From Alphaproteobacteria bacterium (GTDB lineage: Bacteria; Pseudomonadota; Alphaproteobacteria; UBA828), in NCBI GenBank assembly GCA_965221125.1, contig CBDCRW010000004.1, positions 800,001 through 864,000 of the forward strand: a stretch of 64,000 bases of DNA, given 5' to 3'. A program made the translations under genes and the position numbers. This document shows positions 9,827-23,018 of the stretch, in pieces. Every line of letters begins with the position of its first letter. Position 1 is the first letter of the stretch. Below the pieces are notes generated by a model, which saw only the letters and a list, made by a program, of their open reading frames with translations, had not been told where the DNA came from and did no database searches.

Positions 9827-11125
9827 CTACTCGGCGGCAGCGGGCGTTGCGCTGCGCCGGCGCTTGGCCAGCGCGATCTCGTTCGGCGCGCGGTGATAGG
9901 CGCCGTCCTTCATGATCATCAGCAAGTTGTCCGCATCCTGCATGATCGAGACGTCCTTCGTCGGGTCGCCGTCGACCAGCAGCAGGTCGGCCAGATATCC
10001 CTCCTTGACCTGGCCCACGTTGAGGCCCATCAGCTCCCCGCCCCACTTGGTGGCGCCGATGAGCGCCTCGGCCGGCGAGTAGCCGAACGCGTTCACGAAG
10101 TGCTCCAGGTCGCGGGCGTTGGTGCCGATCGGATTCCAGGCGAAGCCGTAGTCGCCGCCCGGCATGGCGCGGATGCCGCGCTTGCGCACCTCCTGATAGG
10201 TGCGGACCGTGTGCTCCATCTTGTAGAAGAGGTTGTAGCTCTCGGCGACCTCGCGGGTGATGCCCCACTCCGAAGCCTCGTACGCGGTGGTGTAGACCAC
10301 GCCGAACGCCGGCGCCATGAAGATGTCCTTCTTCTTGGCCTCCAGCATGTCGATGGTCTTATTGGTCGCGTAGTCCGCGTGGTAGATGATGTTGATGCCG
10401 TGCTTGAGCGCGAGCCGCACCGCCTTGTCGGCCCTCGCGTGGGTGAGAATGTTGACGCCCGCCTCGCGCGCGACCTCGACCGCTGCAGCGACCTCGGCAT
10501 CGAAGTAGGTGATCCTCTCGGACTGGCCGGGGTGGGCGAACTCGTCGCCGGAGATGTTGATCTTCAGGTTGTCCACGCCTTCCCGCACGCACATGCGGCA
10601 GGCCTTGCGCACCTCGTCCGCCCCGTCGGCGATGTAGCCCACCGATTCCTGGTGCATGTGCCACATGCGCTCGTCGCCGAGCCCGCCTGAGGAGACGATC
10701 TCGGGCGAGGCGGCCTTGATGCGCGGGCCCGGATAGCGCCCGGCGTTGATCACGTCGCGCAGCACCGGCTCGATGCGGAGCTTGTTGTAGCCGACGCCGG
10801 CTGCCGAGAAGAGGCTCGTGAAGCCCTGGTCGAGCATCTTCTTCGCGTTCTCGAGCGCGAGCACCATGTGCTCCTCGGGCTGGAGCCGCCCGATCTCCGG
10901 CAAGCTGGTGCAGTCCGTGTAGCAGACGTGGGAGTGGGGCTCGATCATCCCCGGCATCAGCGTTGCGCCGGCGCCGTCCACCACGTTCGCGCCGTTGGCC
11001 CTGATCTTGCCCTTGCCCTTGGCGACCTTCTTGATGAGGTTGCCTTGCAGCTTCACCTCGCCCGCATAGGGGCGCTTGGCGTTGCCGTCGAAAATCCTGA
11101 CATTCGTGAAGAGCGTCTCTGCCAT
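9827..11125 (-). CDS. Amidohydrolase family protein (Xaa-Pro dipeptidase-like subgroup)
   Basis: TLMPGMIEPHSH, LKINISG, THAR, IYHADY, GGDYG, GYLADLLLVDGDP; start chosen at ATG 11125 behind GGAGG. Confidence 0.88.
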   Translation of the reverse strand: MAETLFTNVRIFDGNAKRPYAGEVKLQGNLIKKVAKGKGKIRANGANVVDGAGATLMPGMIEPHSHVCYTDCTSLPEIGRLQPEEHMVLALENAKKMLDQGFTSLFSAAGVGYNKLRIEPVLRDVINAGRYPGPRIKAASPEIVSSGGLGDERMWHMHQESVGYIADGADEVRKACRMCVREGVDNLKINISGDEFAHPGQSERITYFDAEVAAAVEVAREAGVNILTHARADKAVRLALKHGINIIYHADYATNKTIDMLEAKKKDIFMAPAFGVVYTTAYEASEWGITREVAESYNLFYKMEHTVRTYQEVRKRGIRAMPGGDYGFAWNPIGTNARDLEHFVNAFGYSPAEALIGATKWGGELMGLNVGQVKEGYLADLLLVDGDPTKDVSIMQDADNLLMIMKDGAYHRAPNEIALAKRRRSATPAAAE

Positions 11126-11354
11126 CGTTTCAGCCTCCGCCTCTGGCATGCGCCATTGCGGTCTGTAGGCCCATGCCGCAGGAATCCCTTCGTCGCGCCG
11201 CTTCGGGCGGCGCCCGCCGCTGCGCCAAGCTTAGGCGCCTGCCCCGGCGCTCGCAATCGCTAACCCGCGCTGGCAGCCGATTTCGCGCGGCCGCGCTGTA
11301 CATCGCAGCATGGCCGGTCTATGACCCGCAGGCCACCGGCGGGAAGGGAGACCC

Positions 11355-12077
11355 ATGATCGATCTGCACTACTGGCCGACGCCCAACGGCAAGAAGGTGA
11401 CCATCCTGCTGGAGGAATGCGGGATGCCCTATCGCCTCGTCCCCTGCCACATCGGGAAGGGCGATCAGTTCGAGGACGCGTTCCTCGCGATCAGCCCCAA
11501 CAACCGCATGCCGGCGCTGGTGGACCACGACCCGCCCGGCGGCGGCGCGCCGGTCAGCGTCTTCGAATCGGGCGCGATGATGATGTACGTCGCCGAGAAG
11601 GCCGGGCGCTTCTATCCGCAGGACCTGCGCGGGCGCTACGAGGTCAACCAGTGGGTCATGTGGCAGATGGCGAACCAGGGGCCCAAGTTCGGCGAGCGCG
11701 GCCACTTCAACCGGCTCGGCGACGACGAGGGCGACCAGAGCTACGCGCTGACCCGCTTCAGCAACGAGGTCAACCGGCTCTACGGCGTGATGAACAACCG
11801 GCTCTACGACCGGCCTTACCTCGCCGGCGACGACTACACGATCGCCGACATGATCTCCTACCCGTGGACCGTGTACTGGGAGGCGCAGGGGCAAGACCTG
11901 GACGACTTCAAGTATTTTAGGCGCTGGTACGAGGAGCTGTCGGCAAGGCCGGCGGTGCAGCGCGGCATGGAGGCCGGCGCCGACCTGCCCGAAGACCCCG
12001 ACACGATCCCGGAGGAAGAGAAGCAGCGCCGCCACGCCCTGCTCTACAACCAGCGGGCGCGGCCTGCGCCGGGCTGA
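11355..12077 (+). CDS. Glutathione S-transferase, YfcG/YghU-type disulfide oxidoreductase
   Basis: YWPTPNGKK, ISPNNRMPAL, VFESGA, YTIADM. Confidence 0.9.
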   Translation: MIDLHYWPTPNGKKVTILLEECGMPYRLVPCHIGKGDQFEDAFLAISPNNRMPALVDHDPPGGGAPVSVFESGAMMMYVAEKAGRFYPQDLRGRYEVNQWVMWQMANQGPKFGERGHFNRLGDDEGDQSYALTRFSNEVNRLYGVMNNRLYDRPYLAGDDYTIADMISYPWTVYWEAQGQDLDDFKYFRRWYEELSARPAVQRGMEAGADLPEDPDTIPEEEKQRRHALLYNQRARPAPG

Positions 12078-12092
12078 TCGTCCGCGCGCCCG

Positions 12093-13124
12093 TCAGGTGA
12101 CGGGCTTCCAGTCGCCGGCCGGCTTGAGCTTCCTGGCCTCGGGGATCACCTCGGCGCCGAAGCGCTCGATCTGATCGAGCTGCTCGGAAAGATCGCCCGA
12201 CGGGCATTCCAGCATGCACACCACCATCGAGTAGCCGGCGTCTGCGAAGCGCGCGAGGTCCTCCAGGATCTGCTCGCCGGTGCCGGTGCAGGTGCGGCGG
12301 TCCGTTGCCTGCGCGGCCGCATCGCCCGCGTCGGTAATGCGCGCCGACGCGGCGCAGTGCATCAGGAAGTCGGAGGGACTGCGGCCCTGCGCCTCCAGCT
12401 CTCGCTTCACTTCGTCCTGGAGGTGGGCGAAGCGGCCGGGCTCGACATGGGAATCGAGGAACAGCGGATAGAGCCCGTTGCAGAAGCGCGCCGCGCGCCG
12501 CGCACCCCGGATCGTGTTGCCGCCGAAGACGATGGGCGGGTGCGGGTCCTGCTGCACCGGCTTCGGATCCTGCGAGACGTTCCTGAAGCTGTAGTAGTTG
12601 CCCTCGAAGGTGGCGAGGTCGCCGGTCCACGAGGCCTTGTAGATCTGGATGCACTCCTCGGTGCGCCGGTTGCGCTCCTCGTAGTCGATGCCGACGGCGT
12701 CGAACTCCTCGACCATCCAGCCGACGCCGACGCCCAGCATGAGCCGGCCGCCGGACAGGTGATCCACGGTCATGAACTGGCGCGCGTCCGAGAGCGGATG
12801 CCGGTAGGGCGCAATGAGCACGCTGGTGCCGAGCTTCAGCGTCGTGGTCCGGGTCGCGACGGCGCCCATGACGACGGCGCCGTCCAGCATGTTGTGGCGG
12901 CGCTGGTAGGCGCGCTGGCCGGACTGGTTGGCCGTGTGGAAGCTCTCGGAATCGAAGGGCATGCAGACATGGTCGGGATACCAGATCGAGTGAATGCCCG
13001 CGCGCTCGGCGGTGAGCGCCACCCGGATCGGGTCCATCTCCTCCACCGGCGTGTGGTGGAGGAACATGTTCACATCGTCGCGATAGGATTGACCGTGGGT
13101 GTTCCCGTAAAGCCCGACTTCCAT
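12093..13124 (-). CDS. LLM class flavin/F420-type oxidoreductase
   Basis: AERAGIHSIWYPDHV, LGTSVLIAPYRHP, SGGRLMLGVGVGWMVEEF, PKPVQQDPHPPIVFGG. Confidence 0.88.
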   Translation of the reverse strand: MEVGLYGNTHGQSYRDDVNMFLHHTPVEEMDPIRVALTAERAGIHSIWYPDHVCMPFDSESFHTANQSGQRAYQRRHNMLDGAVVMGAVATRTTTLKLGTSVLIAPYRHPLSDARQFMTVDHLSGGRLMLGVGVGWMVEEFDAVGIDYEERNRRTEECIQIYKASWTGDLATFEGNYYSFRNVSQDPKPVQQDPHPPIVFGGNTIRGARRAARFCNGLYPLFLDSHVEPGRFAHLQDEVKRELEAQGRSPSDFLMHCAASARITDAGDAAAQATDRRTCTGTGEQILEDLARFADAGYSMVVCMLECPSGDLSEQLDQIERFGAEVIPEARKLKPAGDWKPVT

Positions 13125-13252
13125 GATGCTGCCCCTTTCGTTCGCCCGTTCTTCGGCGCGGCGGGATTATGCCGCCGGGACCGCCTGCCTGGAAGCATCG
13201 CCGGGCGCGGGGTAGCCTCGCGACGCCAAGCGATCACGGAAGGATAGCGACG

Positions 13253-14713
13253 ATGCGGGTCTTCATCGCCTGTCTCGGGACCGAGACCAACACCTTCTCG
13301 TCGTTGCCGACGGGGGAGCAGACCTATCGGGACACGGCCGTCTTCGACGGCGATGCGACCCGCCACGAGCCCTCGCCCTTCAGCCTGCCGCTGCACGTCT
13401 GGCGCAGGCGCGCCGAGGAGCGGGAGCACGAGGTCGTCGAAGGCTTCTGCGCCTTCGCCCAGCCGGCGGGGCGGACGATCCGCCGCGTCTACGAGGGCTA
13501 TCGCGACCGCATCCTCGCGGAGGCCAGGGCCGCGCTGCCGCTCGACCTCGTGCTCGTCAACATGCACGGCGCCATGGTGGCGGAGGGCTACGACGACTGC
13601 GAGGGCGACCTGCTGGCGCGGCTGCGCGAGATCGTCGGCCCCGACACGGTGATGGGCGGCGAGCTCGACCTCCACTGCCACATCACGCCGCTGATGCTGG
13701 AGGCCGCGACGGCGCTCATCACCTACAAGGAGTATCCCCACATCGACATCGCAGACCGGGCGGAGGACCTGTTCCGGCTCTGCCACGACGCGGCGCTCGG
13801 GCTGACTGCGCCGGTCATGGCCGCCCATGACTGCCGCATGATCAGCATGTGGCGCACCACGAGCGACGAGATGAAGGCCTTCGTCGCCGACATGAAGGCG
13901 CACGAGGGGCGGGACGGCATCCTCGCGGTCTCCTTCGGTCACGGCTTCCCCTGGGGCGACGTGGCGGAGGTGGGGGCCAAGACGCTGGTGGTGGCCGACG
14001 GCGACGCCGGCAAGGCGGCTGCGCTCGCCGCCGACCTCGGCGCCCGGCTCTGGGCGATGCGCGAAGAAACCCGGCCCACCGCAGTGGCTATCGACGAGGC
14101 GCTGGACCGCGCGCTGGCCGCGGACGCCGGGCCGGTGGTGCTGGCGGACGTCTCGGACAACGCGGGCGGCGGCGCGCCGAGCGACTCCACCTTCATCCTG
14201 GAACGCCTGATCGCGCGCGGGATCGGCGATGTCGCGAGCGGACTCTACTGGGATCCGGTGGCCGTGCGGTTCTGCATGGAGGCGGGGGAGGGGGCCCGGC
14301 TCAAGCTGCGCATCGGCGGCAAGTGCGGCCCGGATTCAGGCGATCCGGTGGACCTCGCCGTCACCGTCGAGCGCATCGTCACCGGCGCCGCACAAACCTT
14401 CGGCTCGGCCCGCAACAGGATGGGCGATGCGGTGTGGGTGCGGGCGGACGGCGGCCTCGACCTCGTGCTCAACACCGTGCGCACGCAGGTCTTCCACCCG
14501 GACGCGTTCACCGCCGTGGGGCTCGATTCCCAGACCAAGAAGATCGTCGTGGTGAAGTCGACCCAGCATTTCCACGCGGGCTTCGCGCCCATCGCGTCAG
14601 AAATTCTCTACGTCGCCGCACCGGGGGCGATCGCGCCCGACTTCGCGGCGATCCCCTACACCAAGCTCGCGAAGCCCTACTGGCCCCGCGTGGAAGACCC
14701 GTGGGCGGCATAG
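13253..14713 (+). CDS. M81 family metallopeptidase (MlrC-like)
   Basis: ETNTFS, MHGAMVAEGYDDCEGD, ELDLHCH, YKEYPHID, DNAGGG, VVKSTQHF; start at ATG 13253. Confidence 0.9.
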   Translation: MRVFIACLGTETNTFSSLPTGEQTYRDTAVFDGDATRHEPSPFSLPLHVWRRRAEEREHEVVEGFCAFAQPAGRTIRRVYEGYRDRILAEARAALPLDLVLVNMHGAMVAEGYDDCEGDLLARLREIVGPDTVMGGELDLHCHITPLMLEAATALITYKEYPHIDIADRAEDLFRLCHDAALGLTAPVMAAHDCRMISMWRTTSDEMKAFVADMKAHEGRDGILAVSFGHGFPWGDVAEVGAKTLVVADGDAGKAAALAADLGARLWAMREETRPTAVAIDEALDRALAADAGPVVLADVSDNAGGGAPSDSTFILERLIARGIGDVASGLYWDPVAVRFCMEAGEGARLKLRIGGKCGPDSGDPVDLAVTVERIVTGAAQTFGSARNRMGDAVWVRADGGLDLVLNTVRTQVFHPDAFTAVGLDSQTKKIVVVKSTQHFHAGFAPIASEILYVAAPGAIAPDFAAIPYTKLAKPYWPRVEDPWAA

Positions 14714-14723
14714 GGAGGGGAAA

Positions 14724-15479
14724 TCAGTGGAAGTAGGCGCCGCCGTCGACGACGAGGGTTTGCCCGGTGATGAAGGCGGAGTCCTGCGAGGCGAAGAAGA
14801 CCACCGCGCCCACGATGTCGTCCGGGTGCTGATCGCGCTGGAGCACGCGCGCCTGCCGTGAGATGTCCTGCAGCTTCTCGAGCTGGTGGGGATTGTCCAG
14901 CACGCCGTCGGACAGGGTGAACCCCGGCGCCACGGCGTTGACCCGTATGTCGGCGGCGCCGAGCTCCTTCGCGAGCGCCTTGGTCATCGCATTGACGGCG
15001 CCCTTGCTCGCCACGTAGTGCAGCATGAAGGGAACGCCCTTGAACGGCGTCCCCGACGAGACGTTGACAATGGAGCCGCCGCCCTGCCTGCGCATGGCAG
15101 GTGCGACCGCGCGGGCCGCCATCGCCTGCCCGATGACGTTCACGTCGAGCACGCGCCGCCACTCCTCGACGCTCAAGTCCTCGAAGGGCGTCATCTTCAG
15201 CGTGGAGTAGATCCCGGCGTTGTTGACCAGCACGTCGATGCGGCCGAAGGCCTCCAGCGCGGCGTTCGCCATGGCCTCGGTGTCGCTCCGGCTCGACACG
15301 TCGCAGGGGACGCCGATGACGTTTCTGCGCGCATTGTCGAGCGCCGTCACGGCTTCCTCGGCGCCGTCGCGGTCGGCGATGACCACCTTCGCCCCTTCGG
15401 CGAGCAGAGCTTGCACGATCGCGCGTCCGATCCCCATCGCGCCCCCGGTGACGATCACGACCTGTCCGCTGCACCGCAT
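14724..15479 (-). CDS. SDR family oxidoreductase
   Basis: TGGAMGIG, NNAG, YVASK, VNAVAPG; start at ATG 15479. Confidence 0.92.
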   Translation of the reverse strand: MRCSGQVVIVTGGAMGIGRAIVQALLAEGAKVVIADRDGAEEAVTALDNARRNVIGVPCDVSSRSDTEAMANAALEAFGRIDVLVNNAGIYSTLKMTPFEDLSVEEWRRVLDVNVIGQAMAARAVAPAMRRQGGGSIVNVSSGTPFKGVPFMLHYVASKGAVNAMTKALAKELGAADIRVNAVAPGFTLSDGVLDNPHQLEKLQDISRQARVLQRDQHPDDIVGAVVFFASQDSAFITGQTLVVDGGAYFH

Positions 15480-15493
15480 GTCCGCTGTTCCTT

Positions 15494-16165
15494 TCACTTG
15501 AGCGTGCGAGCCGTCCATGCCGGATCGAGCGTCACGGGCATCTCGGCAAACACCCGGTAGCGCTGCGACTTCGGCTTGTCCCGGTCTGCCGCGTTGACGT
15601 AGCGAATGGACGACGCGCCGAGCAGGGCGCGCGGCAGGATCATCGCCCGAATGAAGCGGCTGGGGACGCTGGCGGACGCCTGGGCGAAGACGGGTTCCGG
15701 TCCGCTCTCGAACCAGGCGCCGCCGGGGCCGTAGGAGCAAGACCGGCCTTCCGTGTCGATCCTGATTTCTCCCTCTCGCAGACATCTGATTCCGGGGCCC
15801 TGGTGCGTGTGAAGGAGGGCCGTTCCGCCGGGCGGGAACGCGACGCTGTCGAGCCGGATCAGGAGATCGTCGGCGATCGCGGCTGGATCAATGCGGCCGG
15901 CCAGGCGGAGGGTCGTCCGGCGACCGTATGCGCTGGCCCGCGCGTCGGAAGACCCGGCCTCCCAACGCCAGACCGTGGCGCCGTCACGGCCGGCGCACAG
16001 CGTCGCCGCCTCCGCCGAAACGACGCCGTCGTCGCAGGGGATGTCCTCTCCGTCCACGGCGATGCTGCCGGCCGAGACGTAGATCGCCCTCGGCGCGGGC
16101 TCCTCCAGCCGGACGACTTCGCCGCCGAACAGCGTGTCCTCGAACAGCCGCAGTTCGCAGGGCAT
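15494..16165 (-). CDS. Cupin-domain protein
   Basis: HTHQGPGIRCL..GEI and AWFESGPEPV cupin motifs; co-oriented between the formamidase and SDR genes. Confidence 0.7.
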   Translation of the reverse strand: MPCELRLFEDTLFGGEVVRLEEPAPRAIYVSAGSIAVDGEDIPCDDGVVSAEAATLCAGRDGATVWRWEAGSSDARASAYGRRTTLRLAGRIDPAAIADDLLIRLDSVAFPPGGTALLHTHQGPGIRCLREGEIRIDTEGRSCSYGPGGAWFESGPEPVFAQASASVPSRFIRAMILPRALLGASSIRYVNAADRDKPKSQRYRVFAEMPVTLDPAWTARTLK

Positions 16166-16191
16166 GGTCCGGACCGCGGGAGCGCGGGAGA

Positions 16192-17307
16192 TCAGTCACC
16201 GTCGAAGATGATCTCGGGCAGCAGCGCCGAGACCACGAAGTTGGGCGCGTCCACGACGTTGCTGACCCGGAGGTCGACGGCGACGCTGCAGATCACGTAG
16301 GCCTGCTCGCGGCTGTAGCCGCGTTCCTGCAACAGCTCGATCATGTTCAGGACCGCATTGCGGCAGGCGAGCGTCAGGTTCTCGCCGTCGTTCTCGCCGT
16401 CGTCGGTGATCGGCATGCCCATGACGCCGAGGAAGCGCTGCGGAACGGCGACTTCCGGCGGGACGAAGTAGTCCTCCTGCGAGAACACCGGCGCCTGGAA
16501 CCTGCGCGACGCCGCGAGGCCCTTGTGCAGCCTGAAGCGCACCACAGCGGTGGCGCCCATCTCCACGGCGGTCACGCAGACCTCGCCGTCGCCCTGCGCG
16601 AAGTGCCCGTCGCCCGTCGAGAAGAGGGCGCCGTGGACGTAGACCGGCAGCACCAGCTTCGAGCCCTTGGTGAGCTGCTTGACGTCGAAGTTGCCGCCGG
16701 CCTCGCGGGGCGGGAGCGTCCGCAAGCCGTGCAGGCCGCACGCGCCGCCGGGGACCGCGCCCGCGAGATCGGGCGGGAACACCAGGCCGCCCTTGTCGAG
16801 CAGCCGCTGCTCCCGGTCCGTCCATGCGGCGAGCGCCTCGGGCGAGGGTGCCACGCCCGAGACGCCCATGAAGGGTCCGCCGGGAACGCGCACGCCGGGG
16901 ATCTGGTCGGACGTGGCCCAGCCGTCGGCGATCGTCCAGTGCACCAGGAAGGCCTCGGTCATGACATCGCGCAGGAAGCCGAGGCCGGGAAAGATGCCGC
17001 TGAAGGCGATCGGTTGCGCCTCGATATCCAGGAATTCGATCTCCAGGGCGTCGCCGGGCTCGGCGCCCTTGACGTAGATCGGCCCGGTGAGAGGGTGTAT
17101 GGCGCCCGCTTCGATAGCGTCGAACACGGACACGGTGGCGTCGGGCGGGATCTGGCCGTCGAGCGCGTCGCGCGTCTCCATGACCACCTCTTCCCCCTCG
17201 TCGACCTCGAGCACGGGCGGAATGTCGGGATGGAACCTGTTGTGACCGACGTGCGGCTCCTCCGCCAGGGGCTTGCTGCGGTCGATGCGAATCGCGTGCA
17301 TGGTCAT
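16192..17307 (-). CDS. Acetamidase/formamidase family protein (FmdA-like)
   Basis: HNRFHPDIPP, HPLTGPIYVKGAEPGD, PPREAGGNFD, GDGHFAQGDGEVC, AYVICSVAVDL. Confidence 0.92.
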   Translation of the reverse strand: MTMHAIRIDRSKPLAEEPHVGHNRFHPDIPPVLEVDEGEEVVMETRDALDGQIPPDATVSVFDAIEAGAIHPLTGPIYVKGAEPGDALEIEFLDIEAQPIAFSGIFPGLGFLRDVMTEAFLVHWTIADGWATSDQIPGVRVPGGPFMGVSGVAPSPEALAAWTDREQRLLDKGGLVFPPDLAGAVPGGACGLHGLRTLPPREAGGNFDVKQLTKGSKLVLPVYVHGALFSTGDGHFAQGDGEVCVTAVEMGATAVVRFRLHKGLAASRRFQAPVFSQEDYFVPPEVAVPQRFLGVMGMPITDDGENDGENLTLACRNAVLNMIELLQERGYSREQAYVICSVAVDLRVSNVVDAPNFVVSALLPEIIFDGD

Positions 17308-17350
17308 CTCTCCCCCTTGCGGATCGGCGCGCTTGATCTGGTAGCCGGCA

Positions 17351-17366
17351 TGTTAAGATCGTAACA
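17351..17366. promoter_or_regulatory. Putative CRP/FNR-family operator TGTTA-N6-TAACA
   Basis: Perfect palindrome TGTTAAGATCGTAACA between the divergent formamidase and cupin genes. Confidence 0.45.
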
Positions 17367-17478
17367 GACAGGCGATGCGGCGGTCATCTTGCGGGCCTGG
17401 TCACGCCGGCAGGCACGCGGAATCAAGGGAAGGCCGACCACAAGGACCAGCGCACCAGCCGCCGGGAGGAGAAAGCCG

Positions 17479-17895
17479 ATGCTCAGCGTGCCGCCAGAGG
17501 GTTTCAGGAGCTACGACCCGGACGGGAGCCCGAACAGCTTCACGCCCCTGCTGAATCTGAACATCGCGAACGCCGGGGTGGTGGCCTGCCTCGAAGTGTT
17601 CCCGCAGGGCGGCGAGGCGATTCCGCCGCATCACCACCAGGCCACCGAGGTGTTCCTCGTGCTGGCAGGCAGGGGCGAGGCGCGGATCGGCGCGGGGCCC
17701 TGGCAGGAGATCGGGAAGGGCACCGCGCTCGCCGTCCCGCCGGAGACGACGCACACCATCAAGAACACCGGCGACGGCGACCTCGTCTGCCTCACGATCA
17801 TGACGCCGGGCGAGGACCTGACCGCCCTTCTCACGGGTGACTGCAAGGCCAGCGAACTCGACATCGTCGAGGGCAGGCAGGACGCCAGCGACTGA
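17479..17895 (+). CDS. Cupin 2 domain protein
   Basis: IPPHHHQATEVFLVLAGRG and VPPETTHTIKNTG motifs; GGAGGAG RBS before ATG 17479. Confidence 0.85.
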   Translation: MLSVPPEGFRSYDPDGSPNSFTPLLNLNIANAGVVACLEVFPQGGEAIPPHHHQATEVFLVLAGRGEARIGAGPWQEIGKGTALAVPPETTHTIKNTGDGDLVCLTIMTPGEDLTALLTGDCKASELDIVEGRQDASD

Positions 17896-18084
17896 GATCA
17901 ACGAAGGCAGGTCGCAGCGGAGGCCGTTGCCGGAGCGCCTCTTGCGGCGCCGATTTCCTGTATCCCCAAGCTGGCGCGCGCGAGTGGCCGTTGCAGGCGC
18001 GCGTGTGTACAGTCGACGCCGTCCGCGTCCCCTCGCGATCCCCTTGGAGGCGGACGGGGAAAGGCCGGACCGAAGGAGGATCGG

Positions 18085-18864
18085 ATGCTGGGCAGGGTGG
18101 AGAGCATTTGGCGCTATCCGGTGAAGAGCATGCGGGGCGAAGAGGTCGACGAGATCTTCGTCGCCTTCACCGGGCTCATGGGCGACCGGGTCTACGCGAT
18201 CGCCTCAACTGCTGCGCCAAAATCCTTCCCCTGGCACACGGCGCGGGAACAGGAGGACCTGGTGCTCTACCAGGCGCGCTTCAGGCAGCGGGACGGCACG
18301 CTCAAGCCCGACAACATGGAAGAGGCCATGGGCCACCCCGCCAACGTCCACGCGCCCTTCCCCGAGGCCGAGGCCTTCGCCGTGGAGGTCGAGCGGCCCG
18401 ACGGCTCCCTGGTGGAGATCGAGGACCCGGCCTTCCTCGACGGGATCAGGGACAGGTCCAAGGGCGCGCTCTCGCTCCGCTTCACCCAGCGCAGCCTCGT
18501 CGATTGCCGCCCGGTGACGCTCTTCTCGCTGCAGACCGTGGGTCAACTCGCCGACGAGACCGGCATCGACGTTCACAAGCTCCAGTTCCGCGCTAACTTC
18601 TACGTCGACTGGGCGGAGGAGGGGGGCTTCTACGAGGACGAGCTGGTGGGCCGCCGCATCGCCGTGGGCGATAAGGTCGAGCTGATGGTGGTGGAGCGCG
18701 ACCCGCGCTGCAAGTTCATCACCATCCACCCGGAGACCGCCGAGACGACGCCCGCGCTCTTGAAGCACGTCAACCGGACGCGCGACGGCTTTGCGGGCGT
18801 CTACGCCGCGGTCATCAAGGAAGGCCCGGTCAAGGCCGGCGACGAGATCGCGCTGGTGGACTGA
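18085..18864 (+). CDS. MOSC domain-containing protein
   Basis: [40 protein letters not shown]. Confidence 0.9.
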   Translation: MLGRVESIWRYPVKSMRGEEVDEIFVAFTGLMGDRVYAIASTAAPKSFPWHTAREQEDLVLYQARFRQRDGTLKPDNMEEAMGHPANVHAPFPEAEAFAVEVERPDGSLVEIEDPAFLDGIRDRSKGALSLRFTQRSLVDCRPVTLFSLQTVGQLADETGIDVHKLQFRANFYVDWAEEGGFYEDELVGRRIAVGDKVELMVVERDPRCKFITIHPETAETTPALLKHVNRTRDGFAGVYAAVIKEGPVKAGDEIALVD

Positions 18865-18911
18865 CGGCGTCCGCCCGGCCACCCTTCACTCGATAGCGGG
18901 AGCATTGCGTC

Positions 18912-22556
<3,645 letters not shown>

Positions 22557-22594
22557 GCGCGCCAGCGCAGGCTGGATGAAGAAGGAGACAGGCC

Positions 22595-22990
22595 ATGACA
22601 CTCACGCTCGATGAGGCCAACCGCATCGCAGCCGGCGCGATCGAACACGCGCGCTCGCTCGATATCCTCGTGTGCGTCGCCGTCTGCGATGCCGGCGGGC
22701 GGCTGGTCTCGTTCCAGCGCATGGACGGCGCCATCTGGGCAGCGGTCTACGGTTGCCAGGGCAAGGCCATCGCATCCGCCGCCTTCGGCCGCCCCAGCGG
22801 CGACCTCACCGAGCGCGCCGATCACCCCACCTTCCGCGGCATCGTCGCGAAAGACGGCGGGCACATGATCCTCGGCCGGGGCGCCGTGCCGATCCTGCGC
22901 GACGGCCAGGTCATCGGCGCCTGCGGGGTCGGCGGCGGCACCGGCGAGGAGGACGAAGAGTGCGCCAGGGCGGGTGTGGCGACGCTCTGA
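22595..22990 (+). CDS. GlcG/HbpS family heme-binding protein
   Basis: VAVCDAGG, FQRMDGA, KA, G..IGACGVGGGTGEEDEECA. Confidence 0.88.
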   Translation: MTLTLDEANRIAAGAIEHARSLDILVCVAVCDAGGRLVSFQRMDGAIWAAVYGCQGKAIASAAFGRPSGDLTERADHPTFRGIVAKDGGHMILGRGAVPILRDGQVIGACGVGGGTGEEDEECARAGVATL

Positions 22991-23018
22991 ACGTGGTTGA
23001 AGAACGGAGCTTCGCCGC

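Noticed and set aside
13253-14713. Microcystin degradation cluster
   Set aside because: Only an MlrC-family gene is present, without mlrA, mlrB or mlrD; the family is widespread.
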